Shown piece after piece: positions 1-8,809 of a stretch of DNA of 64,000 bases. The position numbers and the translations under genes were made by a program. How positions within the stretch are numbered: position 1 is the first letter of the stretch; every line of letters begins with the position of its first letter. Under the pieces are notes generated by a model, which saw nothing but the letters and a program-made list of their open reading frames with translations, did no database searches and was not told the origin of the DNA. The DNA comes from an uncultured Neisseria sp. GTDB taxonomy: Bacteria > Pseudomonadota > Gammaproteobacteria > Burkholderiales > Neisseriaceae. Where the stretch lies: assembly GCA_964563885.1 (NCBI GenBank), contig CAZLYX010000002.1, positions 12,293 to 76,292 on the forward strand, written 5' to 3'.

Positions 1-860
1 AACAAGATCTACGTAATGCGTCAAATTTAATCGTACGCGATGCGCGAATGGCAGGCTCCTTTGGTTGTTTTAGTTTGGCTAATAGCGATGCAACTATTAA
101 TAGTAATGACGGCGCCGAGCCTTTAACTTTATCTGGTGGCTTTGCTGGCGTTACAGGCAATCAAACTTCAGGTGTAAAACTGATGCGTGATCCTACAGTT
201 TTTAATGATATAAACGGTTTCCAAGCATTAGCGAGCGACACTCCAGTTTTATTGTTTCAATATGGTGTAGGTTCTGCATCGGTAACTACAGGTTCTGGTG
301 GTGAGCTTACAATTAACCAACAGTCGGGTGACGTGTTGGCTCATGTTAATAATAATATGCCATTGATTATTAGTAGTTGCTTGGTATTGGATCGCCCATC
401 ATCGTTTAGTGTCAGCGGAGGCAATATTAGTAATATAAGCCCTGCTTTAAGCACTGCGCACAATCCGGGCGAAATGAGCATAATGAAATATGCAGTGAAT
501 GCTTATACGCTTGGTCAAGTGGCTGGTGCCACACCCGGCCTTTATCGTTTTCAACTAAATGATCAAGGTAGCTGGGATGGTCCTGAGTTATTAATTAAAG
601 ATATAACAGGGATAAATATTTTATTTGGCTATGTTAATAATTGTGGCACGACAACCGAATCTTTTACATTTGTTGAAGATCCGCACACAGACCCTGCAGC
701 TGGGCAGCCAGCATTACTGCACATCAGGTTATTAGCCGAAGATGGGGAACAAGCTTTGGTAGCCAGCGCAGAGAATGGAACGACAGATTCTGCAGGCAGC
801 TTAAATATCTATAATATTGATACAACCATACGTGGAGGTAATGTATGCGCAGACAGATAA
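1..860 (+). CDS. pilJ: Type IV pilus minor-pilin/assembly protein, PilW (Neisseria PilJ) family; 5' end lies outside the window
   Basis: Frame 3 is open from nt 3 (QDLRNASNLIVRDARMAG...), so the listed Met at 48 is internal. It overlaps the next pilin-like gene by 16 nt. Composition is Gly/Ser/Thr/Asn-rich. It sits directly upstream of PilK- and PilX-like genes. The family call rests partly on context. Confidence 0.55.
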   Translation, partial: QDLRNASNLIVRDARMAGSFGCFSLANSDATINSNDGAEPLTLSGGFAGVTGNQTSGVKLMRDPTVFNDINGFQALASDTPVLLFQYGVGSASVTTGSGGELTINQQSGDVLAHVNNNMPLIISSCLVLDRPSSFSVSGGNISNISPALSTAHNPGEMSIMKYAVNAYTLGQVAGATPGLYRFQLNDQGSWDGPELLIKDITGINILFGYVNNCGTTTESFTFVEDPHTDPAAGQPALLHIRLLAEDGEQALVASAENGTTDSAGSLNIYNIDTTIRGGNVCADR

Positions 861-1459
861 ACTTAAAAAAAGCACATGCACAACAAGGCTTTACCTTGTT
901 AATTGTATTGGTGGTATTGATGGTGATTGCCTTTTTAGTAGTAGCGGCAACTCAAACTTACAATACTGAACTTCGTATTAGTAGTAATGATGCAGATAGA
1001 AAAATGGCTATGACTGTGGCTGAGCAGACTTTACGAACAGGTGAAGAACGTGTTGCTGATATTTTGGCAACGGGAACAGGAAACCAAGCCGCATCTGAAG
1101 CATCGGGTGGTGCGGGAGTCACAGCTGTTTTTAAACCTGAGTGTACTAATGGATTGTGTGCATCACCAGGTGCGGCAGCTTTGACTTTTAATCGTATTCA
1201 AATAGAGGCCAATACTGGCACTGTAACACCGTGGGAAACTAATGGTAGTTGTGGTGCAATCAGTTGTTTAGATTCAGCCGGCACAGTGGTTACAATTGCT
1301 GGTAGTGGCAAGGCTTCACTGTCTAGTAATCCACGTTATGTCATTGAGCATTTAAACACAAACGTGGCGACGGGTGAATCTTACTATCGTGTTACTGCTC
1401 GATCTTGGGGTCGCAATGCTAATACAGTGGTAACGGTGCAATCTTATTTAGCAGGCTGA
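845..1459 (+). CDS. pilK: Type IV pilus minor pilin-like protein, PilX_N family (Pseudomonas PilX = Neisseria PilK)
   Basis: The N-terminus MRRQINLKKAHAQQG|FTLLIVLVVLMVIAFLVV is a prepilin-like hydrophobic helix lacking Glu5, typical of PilK/PilX_N proteins. It is translationally coupled to the upstream gene. Confidence 0.6.
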   Translation: MRRQINLKKAHAQQGFTLLIVLVVLMVIAFLVVAATQTYNTELRISSNDADRKMAMTVAEQTLRTGEERVADILATGTGNQAASEASGGAGVTAVFKPECTNGLCASPGAAALTFNRIQIEANTGTVTPWETNGSCGAISCLDSAGTVVTIAGSGKASLSSNPRYVIEHLNTNVATGESYYRVTARSWGRNANTVVTVQSYLAG

Positions 1460-1484
1460 TGATGCCAGAAAGTCGTTTATCTAT

Positions 1485-1964
1485 ATGATATATAAATATA
1501 CATCACAGGGCTTCAGCCTGATGGAAATGATGATAGCTGTGTTGATTCTGGGTGTTTTGGTTAGCATAGCTCTTCCTAATTATACCGATTATGTTGAACA
1601 AGGTGATTTAGAAGGTGCTCGAGTAGAATTGGTGCGGATAAACCAAGAGTTGACCTTGAAAAAAGTAGCGGATCCTACTTTTTTAGAAGAAGCCGCAAGT
1701 AAAACAGCCGAGCAGGCATACATAGCTGGAAATATGCGTAAGGAAAAAGCAGTCACAGATAAATATAATCTCCGATTAATGTTTCCAGAAGCCCGTGATT
1801 TATATATTTTAAGTGCGTTCCCCAAAGTTAATAGTCGCACCCAAGTGACGTTTATTAATGCTAAAGGTGATGCGGTAAAATGCAAAACTGCAGAAGCCGC
1901 TACTGCATTGATTCAAAGTAATACCAAACTAAATAGCGCTACTGGAGACTGTGAACCTTTTTAA
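1485..1964 (+). CDS. pilX: Type IV minor pilin, Neisseria PilX-like
   Basis: It has a class III signal (MIYKYTSQG|FSLMEMMIAVLILGVLVSIALPNY) with Glu5. The C-terminal Cys...Cys D-region (KCKTAEAATALIQSNTKLNSATGDCEPF) resembles my recollection of meningococcal PilX (...YKCRDAASARAHLETLSSDVGCEAF). It is the last gene of the minor-pilin operon. Confidence 0.65.
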   Translation: MIYKYTSQGFSLMEMMIAVLILGVLVSIALPNYTDYVEQGDLEGARVELVRINQELTLKKVADPTFLEEAASKTAEQAYIAGNMRKEKAVTDKYNLRLMFPEARDLYILSAFPKVNSRTQVTFINAKGDAVKCKTAEAATALIQSNTKLNSATGDCEPF

Positions 1965-1968
1965 TTAT

Positions 1969-2035
1969 TTCAGGTAGCTTCAAAACAAACCCGTAAAAGC
2001 AATTCTTTTGCGGGTTTGTTTTGAAGCTACCTGAA
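1969..2035. terminator. 67-bp near-perfect palindrome whose outer arms are DUS variants (TTCAGGTAGCTT ... AAGCTACCTGAA); terminator-like hairpin after pilX
   Basis: The sequence ttcaggtagcttcaaaacaaacccg-(loop aaaag..ctttt)-cgggtttgttttgaagctacctgaa was read directly. It gives a ~25-bp stem. Confidence 0.8.
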
Positions 2036-2088
2036 AATCCGTTACAATCTCGGTTTAAATGAAGTTTAGTTTATCTTAGGAAAAAGAT

Positions 2089-2937
2089 TTGTCGCCACTA
2101 GCTTATTGTCAACAGAAAACTGCAACAAGCGGGTCCAGCTTCTTAGCCGGTTTTCGTTTTTTATCGCCTCAAAAAAAAGATGCAATCACAGTGTTGTATG
2201 CATTTTGTCGCGAGCTAGACGATGTAGTAGATGAATGCTCTGATCCACATGTGGCACAAACGACCTTGAATTGGTGGCGTATCGAGTTGGCAAAAGTGTT
2301 TGAAGATACAATGCCAGAGCATCCAGTATGCCAGGCATTGAAGCCCGTAGTGTTGGCGTTTAGGCTACCTGAAAAAGAGCTGGAAGAAATCATTAATGGC
2401 ATGCAAATGGATTTAGAGCAGGTTCGTTATAATACGTTCGAGGATTTATCAAACTATTGTTATAGAGTGGCTGGGGTAGTCGGGCGACTTATTACGCGCG
2501 TGTTGGGCTTTAGCGATGATCGTACTTTATCTTATGCTGAAAAAATGGGTTTGGCTTTACAGCTAACAAACATTATTCGCGACGTGGGTGAGGACGCACG
2601 CAATGGGCGGATTTATCTGCCTATTGAAGACTTAGAGCAATTTAATGTTTCAGCACAAACAATTTTACAATTAAAACCAGATGCTGATTTTGAAAAGTTG
2701 ATGAACTTTCAGATTGATCGGGCTACTAAAACTTATGTCGAAGCATTGGCATTGTTGCCACAGATAGATCAAAAAAATCAAAAAGTAGGCTTGATAATGG
2801 GCAGTATTTATTATGCACTACTTAAAGAAATTAAGCTGGATGGGGCTGCTAATATATTGAAGTACAAAATTTCTATCCCTGGTCCTCGTAAAAAGCGAAT
2901 TGCATTAAAAACTTGGCTGTTTGGATTTAAACCATGA
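2089..2937 (+). CDS. hpnD: Squalene/phytoene synthase family protein, HpnD-like presqualene diphosphate synthase
   Basis: SGSSFLAGFRFLSPQKKDAITVLYAFCRELDDVVDE matches the HpnD-type N-terminal block and the first DxxxD. The second Asp-rich block is NIIRDVGEDARNGRIYLP. TTG start. It overlaps the next gene by 4 nt. Confidence 0.7.
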   Translation: MSPLAYCQQKTATSGSSFLAGFRFLSPQKKDAITVLYAFCRELDDVVDECSDPHVAQTTLNWWRIELAKVFEDTMPEHPVCQALKPVVLAFRLPEKELEEIINGMQMDLEQVRYNTFEDLSNYCYRVAGVVGRLITRVLGFSDDRTLSYAEKMGLALQLTNIIRDVGEDARNGRIYLPIEDLEQFNVSAQTILQLKPDADFEKLMNFQIDRATKTYVEALALLPQIDQKNQKVGLIMGSIYYALLKEIKLDGAANILKYKISIPGPRKKRIALKTWLFGFKP

Positions 2938-4253
2938 AACGAAAATCAAAATCACGTTTTAGAGTCGCTGTCATTGGTGCAGGATGGGCTGGCTTATCGG
3001 CTGCAGCACATTTATGTACTAAAGCTGAAGTGACTTTATTCGAAGCCGGAAAAGTTGCTGGGGGCAGGGCACGCAGTTTATCTGTTGAGAAAAGCGAATT
3101 CAAGTTTTTAGATAATGGCCAGCATATTTTATTAGGCGCATATCATAGTGTTTTAAATGTATTAACTAAGGTGGGTGTTGATGTTGATAGCGTATTTTTT
3201 CGTTGTCCACTGCAATGGCATATATTTGGTGGCGTGAATTTACAAACAAAAGATTTACCCGCACCTTTTAATTTGTTATGGAGTATTTTGAGTGCAAAAG
3301 GTTGTACGACTTTTGAAAAAATAGCGCTAATTTCACAAATGCGAAACTTGCAGAAATGGCGTCAGAATCATACTGTGGACATGACTGTGGATGAATGGTT
3401 GCGACACCAGAATGTTTCGGCTAAGTGGGTGAGAGATTTTTGGCATCCGTTAGTAGTCGGCGCATTGAATACACCTCTACGCACGGCTAGCTTGTCTGTA
3501 TTGGCCAATGTTTTGCATCATGGTGTCTGGAGTCGGCGTGAAAACAGTGATTATTTAATTCCACTGCAAAATTTAACTACGTTGTTTGCTAATCCAGTAT
3601 TGAGTTATCTTAAGAAACATCAGGCTCGTGTTTTTCTGGAAACGCGTGTGCCACGTTTAATCACTGATCCGAGCGGTGGAGTGTGGGTGAATGATCAGCT
3701 ATTTGATGCTGCAATTTTGGCAACAGCACCTTATCATGCCGAAGGCTTGTTGCCAGAAAATACACCACCGTTTATTCAAGCGGCTTATGTTGATAATGAA
3801 TACCATGCTATCACTACTATTTATTTGAGTTATGCGGAAATAGTCACCTTGCCATCAGTGATGACAGGCTTACCAAACTCTATCGTGCAATGGTTTATTG
3901 GTCGAGGCCAGCTGGGTTTAGATGGGCGTGAAGTAGTGGCGATTATTAGCGTATCTGAAACTGTAGGTACACTGAGTTCTCAAGAATGGGTGCAGCGTGC
4001 GCATAAAGAATTATTGATGATATGCCCTTATCTAAGTGCGCCAATACACACTCAAGTTGTTACGGAAAAACGAGCAACAGTGGCATCTTCTGTTAATCGC
4101 TATCATCCTGATATGGCTTGGTTATACCATCAAAATATTTATCCAGCTGGCGACTATTTGCATCCTCTTTATTCTGCTACTTTAGAAGGTGCGGTGCAAA
4201 CCGGCCAAAATGCTGCCGAATTATGTATCAATAACTTATCAACGAAAGGTTAG
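2934..4253 (+). CDS. hpnE: FAD-dependent amine-oxidase-type oxidoreductase, HpnE-like hydroxysqualene dehydroxylase
   Basis: It has an N-terminal Rossmann motif (VAVIGAGWAGLSAAAHL), is 439 aa long, and is translationally coupled to the hpnD-like gene. Confidence 0.65.
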   Translation: MKRKSKSRFRVAVIGAGWAGLSAAAHLCTKAEVTLFEAGKVAGGRARSLSVEKSEFKFLDNGQHILLGAYHSVLNVLTKVGVDVDSVFFRCPLQWHIFGGVNLQTKDLPAPFNLLWSILSAKGCTTFEKIALISQMRNLQKWRQNHTVDMTVDEWLRHQNVSAKWVRDFWHPLVVGALNTPLRTASLSVLANVLHHGVWSRRENSDYLIPLQNLTTLFANPVLSYLKKHQARVFLETRVPRLITDPSGGVWVNDQLFDAAILATAPYHAEGLLPENTPPFIQAAYVDNEYHAITTIYLSYAEIVTLPSVMTGLPNSIVQWFIGRGQLGLDGREVVAIISVSETVGTLSSQEWVQRAHKELLMICPYLSAPIHTQVVTEKRATVASSVNRYHPDMAWLYHQNIYPAGDYLHPLYSATLEGAVQTGQNAAELCINNLSTKG

Positions 4254-4257
4254 ACTT

Positions 4258-4980
4258 ATGATTCAGCAACTGCAAGATAAAATAGTTTTGGTTACTGGCG
4301 CTTCGCAGGGTTTGGGCGAACATGTTGCTAAAGCTTATGCAGCAGCAGGTGCAACAGTGGTACTGGTAGCGAGGCATCAGAAGAAGTTGGAAAAGGTATA
4401 CGATGATATTGTTGCAGCCGGCGGCCCGGAGCCGTTTGCCATTTGTTTTGATTTGTTGACTGCAGAAGAGAAAGAGTTTGACCAATTAGCACTGGCAGTG
4501 GCAGAAGCTACTTCGCACAAACTTGATGGTATTGTCCATTGCGCCAGCTACTTTTATGCTTTGTCACCTTTGAACTTTCAAACTGTTACTGAGTGGGTAA
4601 ATCAATATCGGATTAATACAGTGGCACCAATGGGTTTGACACGCGCATTTTATCCACTGCTTAAAGAATCTGCTGATGCCTCGGTAATTTTTGTTGGCGA
4701 AACCCATGGTGAACAACCGCAAGCTTATTGGGGTGGTTTTGGTGCTTCAAAAGCAGCGTTAAATTATTTATGTAAAGTGGCTGCGGATGAATGGGAGCGT
4801 TTTGATCATTTGCGCGCTAATGTTCTGGTTCCTGGCCCAATTAATTCACCGCAACGCATAAAAACGCATCCTGGTGAAGCACGTAGTGAGCGTAAAAACT
4901 TTGAAGATGTGATGCCACAATTTGTGCATTGGATGAGCATGGAGAGCCGTGGTAAAACGGGTGAGATTGTTTATCTTTAA
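4258..4980 (+). CDS. Short-chain dehydrogenase/reductase, YciK-like
   Basis: The start was moved to the ATG at 4258 (MIQQLQDKIVLVTGASQGLG), because the listed 4189 start overlaps hpnE. The TGxxxGxG motif and a YxxxK-type segment (FGASKAALNYL) are present. Confidence 0.8.
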   Translation: MIQQLQDKIVLVTGASQGLGEHVAKAYAAAGATVVLVARHQKKLEKVYDDIVAAGGPEPFAICFDLLTAEEKEFDQLALAVAEATSHKLDGIVHCASYFYALSPLNFQTVTEWVNQYRINTVAPMGLTRAFYPLLKESADASVIFVGETHGEQPQAYWGGFGASKAALNYLCKVAADEWERFDHLRANVLVPGPINSPQRIKTHPGEARSERKNFEDVMPQFVHWMSMESRGKTGEIVYL

Positions 4981-5001
4981 AACCATTTGAAAAAAATCTT
5001 G

Positions 5002-5029
5002 AAACGGCATGGTCATCATGCCGTTTTTG
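5002..5029 (+). terminator. Rho-independent terminator-like hairpin after the SDR gene
   Basis: aaacggcatg-gtcat-catgccgttttt: a 10-bp stem followed by a T-run. Confidence 0.7.
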
Positions 5030-5067
5030 TTTATGGTGCTTTGTCTACATTGCTTATTAATCGCTTA

Positions 5068-5079
5068 AGGCTACCTGAA
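5068..5079 (+). repeat. DUS, exact AGGCTACCTGAA (single, intergenic)
   Basis: Read directly: cttaAGGCTACCTGAAac. Confidence 0.9.
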
Positions 5080-5228
5080 ACATCATTTATAGTTTTTACT
5101 AATGATGATTTAGACTGTTATGTCACACAAAAAACATAGATTTTGTAACCAGATAGCGATTGGTAACTAGCCAGAGTTATAAAGTTTTACATGTTAAAAT
5201 GTAGCCAACTTTAAACGAAAGTACTGAT

Positions 5229-6608
5229 ATGGCCAAAGCCCCGAAAACGATTTATCAATGCATTCAATGCGGTGGAACTGCACCAAAATGGCAGGGAAAA
5301 TGTCCGCACTGTGGCGAATGGAATACGTTAGAAGAAAACGTAGCGATACCAGAGTCGCAAAATAAACGTTTTCAATCTTGGGCAGCAGAAGCTTCACAAG
5401 TGCAGAAACTCTCTTCAGTTACTGCTGTGGAAGTGGCACGCAGCCCTACTGGTATGAGCGAGTTGGATCGTGTATTAGGTGGTGGTTTGGTTGAGGGTGC
5501 AGTAATCTTATTAGGTGGTGACCCAGGTATTGGTAAATCGACTTTGTTGTTGCAAGCGGTGGCGATGATGGCGAAAAATCGCAAAGTGCTATATGTTTCT
5601 GGTGAAGAATCTGCACAACAGATAGCTCTACGAGCGCAGCGCTTGGGCTTGTGCAGCGAAGGTGTTGATTTGCTGGCTGAGATTAGGCTAGAGGCAATTG
5701 CTGCGGTTTTAAAACAGCATCAACCGTCGATAGTGGTGATTGATTCTATTCAAACCATGTATTCAGATGTGGTGACTTCCGCTCCAGGTTCTGTGTCGCA
5801 AGTGCGAGAATGTGCTGCTCAATTAACCCGTATGGCCAAACAAATGGGCATCAGCATCATATTGGTTGGCCATGTTACCAAAGATGGCTCTATCGCTGGC
5901 CCGCGCGTGCTTGAACATATGGTAGATACAGTATTGTATTTTGAGGGAGACCAGCATTCTAATTACCGTATGATTCGGGCGATTAAAAATCGTTTTGGAG
6001 CCGCCAACGAATTGGGCATATTTGCCATGACCGAGCGCGGTTTGAAAGGTGTTGTCAATCCTTCTGCTATTTTTCTATCGAGTTATCGTGAGGATGTGCC
6101 TGGTTCATGTGTCTTGGTAACACAAGAGGGTTCACGCCCGCTGCTGGTTGAAATCCAAGCTTTAGTGGCTGATGCACATGGCTTTACCCCTAAACGGTTA
6201 ACGGTAGGGCTAGAGCAAAACCGTTTGGCGATGTTGCTGGCAGTGTTAAATCGCCATGCGGGTATTGCGTGTTTTGATCAGGATGTGTTTTTGAATGCTG
6301 TTGGTGGTGTGAAAATAAATGAGCCCGCCGCAGATTTGGCGATTATCTTATCGATGCTTTCTAGTTATCGCAACCGTCCGTTGCCAGAGAGGATGGTAGC
6401 GTTTGGTGAGATTGGATTGAGCGGCGAAGTACGGCCAGTGGCTCGTGGGCAAGAACGATTAAAAGAAGCAGAAAAGCTAGGTTTTAAACGAGCGATTGTG
6501 CCTAAAGCCAACATGCCGCGCCTAGCATCTGAGTATCCTAATTTACAGATTTTGGGTGTAAGTTCGTTGCAAGAGGCGGTGGATGTTTGTAGGGATGCAG
6601 AACAATAA
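5229..6608 (+). CDS. radA: DNA repair protein RadA/Sms
   Basis: It has an N-terminal Zn finger (CIQCGGTAPKWQGKCPHCGEWNT), Walker A (GGDPGIGKST), the KNRFG motif, and a Lon-like C-terminal domain. Confidence 0.97.
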   Translation: MAKAPKTIYQCIQCGGTAPKWQGKCPHCGEWNTLEENVAIPESQNKRFQSWAAEASQVQKLSSVTAVEVARSPTGMSELDRVLGGGLVEGAVILLGGDPGIGKSTLLLQAVAMMAKNRKVLYVSGEESAQQIALRAQRLGLCSEGVDLLAEIRLEAIAAVLKQHQPSIVVIDSIQTMYSDVVTSAPGSVSQVRECAAQLTRMAKQMGISIILVGHVTKDGSIAGPRVLEHMVDTVLYFEGDQHSNYRMIRAIKNRFGAANELGIFAMTERGLKGVVNPSAIFLSSYREDVPGSCVLVTQEGSRPLLVEIQALVADAHGFTPKRLTVGLEQNRLAMLLAVLNRHAGIACFDQDVFLNAVGGVKINEPAADLAIILSMLSSYRNRPLPERMVAFGEIGLSGEVRPVARGQERLKEAEKLGFKRAIVPKANMPRLASEYPNLQILGVSSLQEAVDVCRDAEQ

Positions 6609-6638
6609 CTAAATACGATAACACTGGTTGAAAATGAT

Positions 6639-6669
6639 TTCAGGTAGCCTGTTGTATAAGCTACCTGAA
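6639..6669. terminator. DUS inverted pair (TTCAGGTAGCCT / AAGCTACCTGAA) between convergent genes
   Basis: Read directly. It lies between radA (+) and the DUF1232 gene (-). Confidence 0.8.
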
Positions 6670-6693
6670 GTTTTTTATAGGCTTAATTTGAAT

Positions 6694-7059
6694 TTATTTA
6701 AATAATTTTTCTGCGGCGAGTTTGGCTTGATTTTTAATATCGTCGGTTAAATAAGATTTCATTTGTGCATAAACCAACGTAATAACGGCGATATCATCAC
6801 TAAAACCAAGTGGGCCGAGCATATCGGGGATACTATCGATTGGACTAAAAAAATAAACCAGTGCACCCAAGATTATTATTTTAGCGCGTTTAGGTGTGGT
6901 TGGCGATTTGAAAACGTAATACAAACCATAAAGTTTGCTAACCACAGGCGTTCCCAGTCTACCTGAAACGCGCACGAGTTTACGCAAAAATCCTGGTTCA
7001 TCTAGTTTTTTACGACTAAATTTAGGGATAAATTCTTCAGGCGAAGGTCTACCAGTCAT
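6694..7059 (-). CDS. DUF1232 (YkvA-like) membrane protein
   Basis: The motif PIDSIPDMLGPLGFSDDIAV is typical of DUF1232. The start was moved to the ATG at 7059, which has AAGGA 7 nt upstream; the listed 7080 start is TTG with no RBS. Confidence 0.6.
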   Translation of the reverse strand: MTGRPSPEEFIPKFSRKKLDEPGFLRKLVRVSGRLGTPVVSKLYGLYYVFKSPTTPKRAKIIILGALVYFFSPIDSIPDMLGPLGFSDDIAVITLVYAQMKSYLTDDIKNQAKLAAEKLFK

Positions 7060-7171
7060 TGTGTTTTCCTTTGAATGCAATTATCAAAAATTAAAAGCTG
7101 CTGCAACATAAAGTGGGGCAAGAGCAGCTAATTCAAACAATGGCTTGAGTTAAGTCTAGTTAGGTTTTGTT

Positions 7172-7206
7172 AGTAGCCTTAAAGCTTAGAAGCTTTAAGG
7201 CTACTT
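7172..7206. terminator. 16-bp perfect-stem hairpin built from a decayed DUS pair (right arm AAGGCTACTTGAA, 1 mismatch)
   Basis: agtagccttaaagctt-aga-aagctttaaggctact. It lies downstream of the MFS gene on the minus strand. Confidence 0.65.
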
Positions 7207-7323
7207 GAACTTCAGTACTAAATACGGTTAACTAATTGATTTTAAATGATGAAAATAATCCGTATAATATTTTCAGTTGCTGATTACATTTAAATACAAG
7301 GCAATTTCAACGCCTTAACTACA

Positions 7324-8634
7324 CTAATGTTTTACTTTCAGGTAGCCTTTTAGGTCTTGTAAAATTCTTGGTTCCAAGTGTAACAAATACGCCAGAATAG
7401 CAATATTTCCAATGGGAACCAGTAAATACAATATAGAGATACTATCAAATAACCACAATAATAGAGCGCTTATGATGGCAGCACTAACCATAAATAAACC
7501 ATTAATGATGTTATTAGCCGCGATGGCGTGCGCACGGAAGTCGTCACTGCTAGCGGTTTGCAGCCATGTGTAGAGCGGTACTGAAAAAAAGCCGCCAAAA
7601 AACCCGATAGCAATCATGCACAGCATGATCGGATAAGCGAATCCTTGGTTGATAAAATAGAATATACCGTTGAGCTCAGTAAAATGATTTTGATGAGTTA
7701 GCCAGACCAGTAAAAAACCAAAAATAGTTAAACCAACAGTGCCCACTGCGACCAAGCCTAGATGTAAACGCTCACGACTTACTTTGGCGCAGAGAATCGA
7801 GCCAGCTGCAATGCCAACAGAAAACAAGGCCAACATTAGGTTAAACACATTATCATTGCCACCAAGATGAATTTGAGTGAAGGTTGGTAATTGGGTGGTA
7901 TAAACGGCACCAACCAGCCAAAACCAAGAAATACCGATAATAGCTGTATAAAGTGGTTTTTGCTTAAAGGTGGTTTTGATTAAACTTTTGGTGCTTTTAG
8001 GGATATTAAGGTCAATTTGTTGATTGGCGTTTTTTGCAGGTACTGAAGGCATAAAATAGCTGGTAATAGTGCCAGCTACCGCAACTAATAAGATTAAACT
8101 TATCACGATGCTGCTGGGGAAACTGGCTACAATGGTGCCAAGAATTTGACCAAATAGAATGGCCAAAAAAGTACCTGATTCAATCAAACTATTGCCGCTA
8201 ATCAGTTCTTTATTATCAAGATAGTCTGGCAATATTGCATATTTAAGTGGACCAAATAAAGTTGATTGCGTGCCCATCATGAATAGACACAGAAATAATA
8301 TAGAAGCTGATTCTGTGTAAAAACCATAAGCAGCAAGTGCCATTATGGCGATTTCGAGTAATTTAATTATAAAAGCAAGTTTGGCTTTGTTATATTTAGT
8401 GCTCAGTTGGCCGGATAGGGTAGAAAAAAGGAAGTAAGGTAAAATAAACAACAGAGCACCAATGTTGAGCATTTGGCTGGCTGGTAAAAGGTCGCTTTTA
8501 CTTAAGCCATAAAAGCTGATGAGCACAAATAATGTGGTTTTGAAGAGATTATCATTAAAGGCACCCAAAAATTGAGTGCCAAATAAGGGTGCAAAGCGAC
8601 GGCTTTTTGCAAATTCAAAATTACTTAGGTTCAT
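7324..8634 (-). CDS. MFS transporter, lysophospholipid transporter LplT-like
   Basis: It has 12-TM-type hydrophobicity. The N-terminus RRFAPLFGTQFLGAFNDNLFKTTLFVLISF resembles the LplT/MFS_1 family. An exact DUS lies in its last codons (KGYLKVKH*). Confidence 0.65.
   Translation of the reverse strand: MNLSNFEFAKSRRFAPLFGTQFLGAFNDNLFKTTLFVLISFYGLSKSDLLPASQMLNIGALLFILPYFLFSTLSGQLSTKYNKAKLAFIIKLLEIAIMALAAYGFYTESASILFLCLFMMGTQSTLFGPLKYAILPDYLDNKELISGNSLIESGTFLAILFGQILGTIVASFPSSIVISLILLVAVAGTITSYFMPSVPAKNANQQIDLNIPKSTKSLIKTTFKQKPLYTAIIGISWFWLVGAVYTTQLPTFTQIHLGGNDNVFNLMLALFSVGIAAGSILCAKVSRERLHLGLVAVGTVGLTIFGFLLVWLTHQNHFTELNGIFYFINQGFAYPIMLCMIAIGFFGGFFSVPLYTWLQTASSDDFRAHAIAANNIINGLFMVSAAIISALLLWLFDSISILYLLVPIGNIAILAYLLHLEPRILQDLKGYLKVKH
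7337..7348 (-). repeat. DUS exact copy inside the 3' end of the MFS gene
   Basis: ttcaggtagcct on +, read as GYLK on the coding strand. Confidence 0.9.
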
Positions 8635-8809
8635 GTTCGCCTGGATGTTCTTGCTGATCTTGGTTTGGGGAGTCGTCGTCCATGAGAATACGGTGCGCAG
8701 GGCCTTCTAGATCATCGAATTGCCCACTTTTACCCGACCACCAGAAAAAATAGCCTATGATAAAAGCAAGAATAATACTAATGGGAATTAGTATGAACAT
8801 ACTTTCCAT
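8621..8809 (-). CDS. ccoS: cbb3-type cytochrome oxidase maturation protein CcoS/FixS
   Basis: MESMFILIPISIILAFIIGYFFWWSGKSGQFDDLEGPAHRIL is the conserved CcoS single-TM plus QFDD motif. Confidence 0.8.
   Translation of the reverse strand: MESMFILIPISIILAFIIGYFFWWSGKSGQFDDLEGPAHRILMDDDSPNQDQQEHPGEHEPK

Noticed and set aside
4189-4257. N-terminal extensions offered by the ORF track. These affect 4189, 7080, 15539, 18540, 19687, 21940, 23138, 28677, 29348, 39925, 48326, 53709 and 60482.
   Set aside because: In each case the extension overlaps the upstream gene or lacks an RBS. A downstream ATG/GTG with a Shine-Dalgarno and a family-typical N-terminus is available, so the starts were trimmed accordingly.
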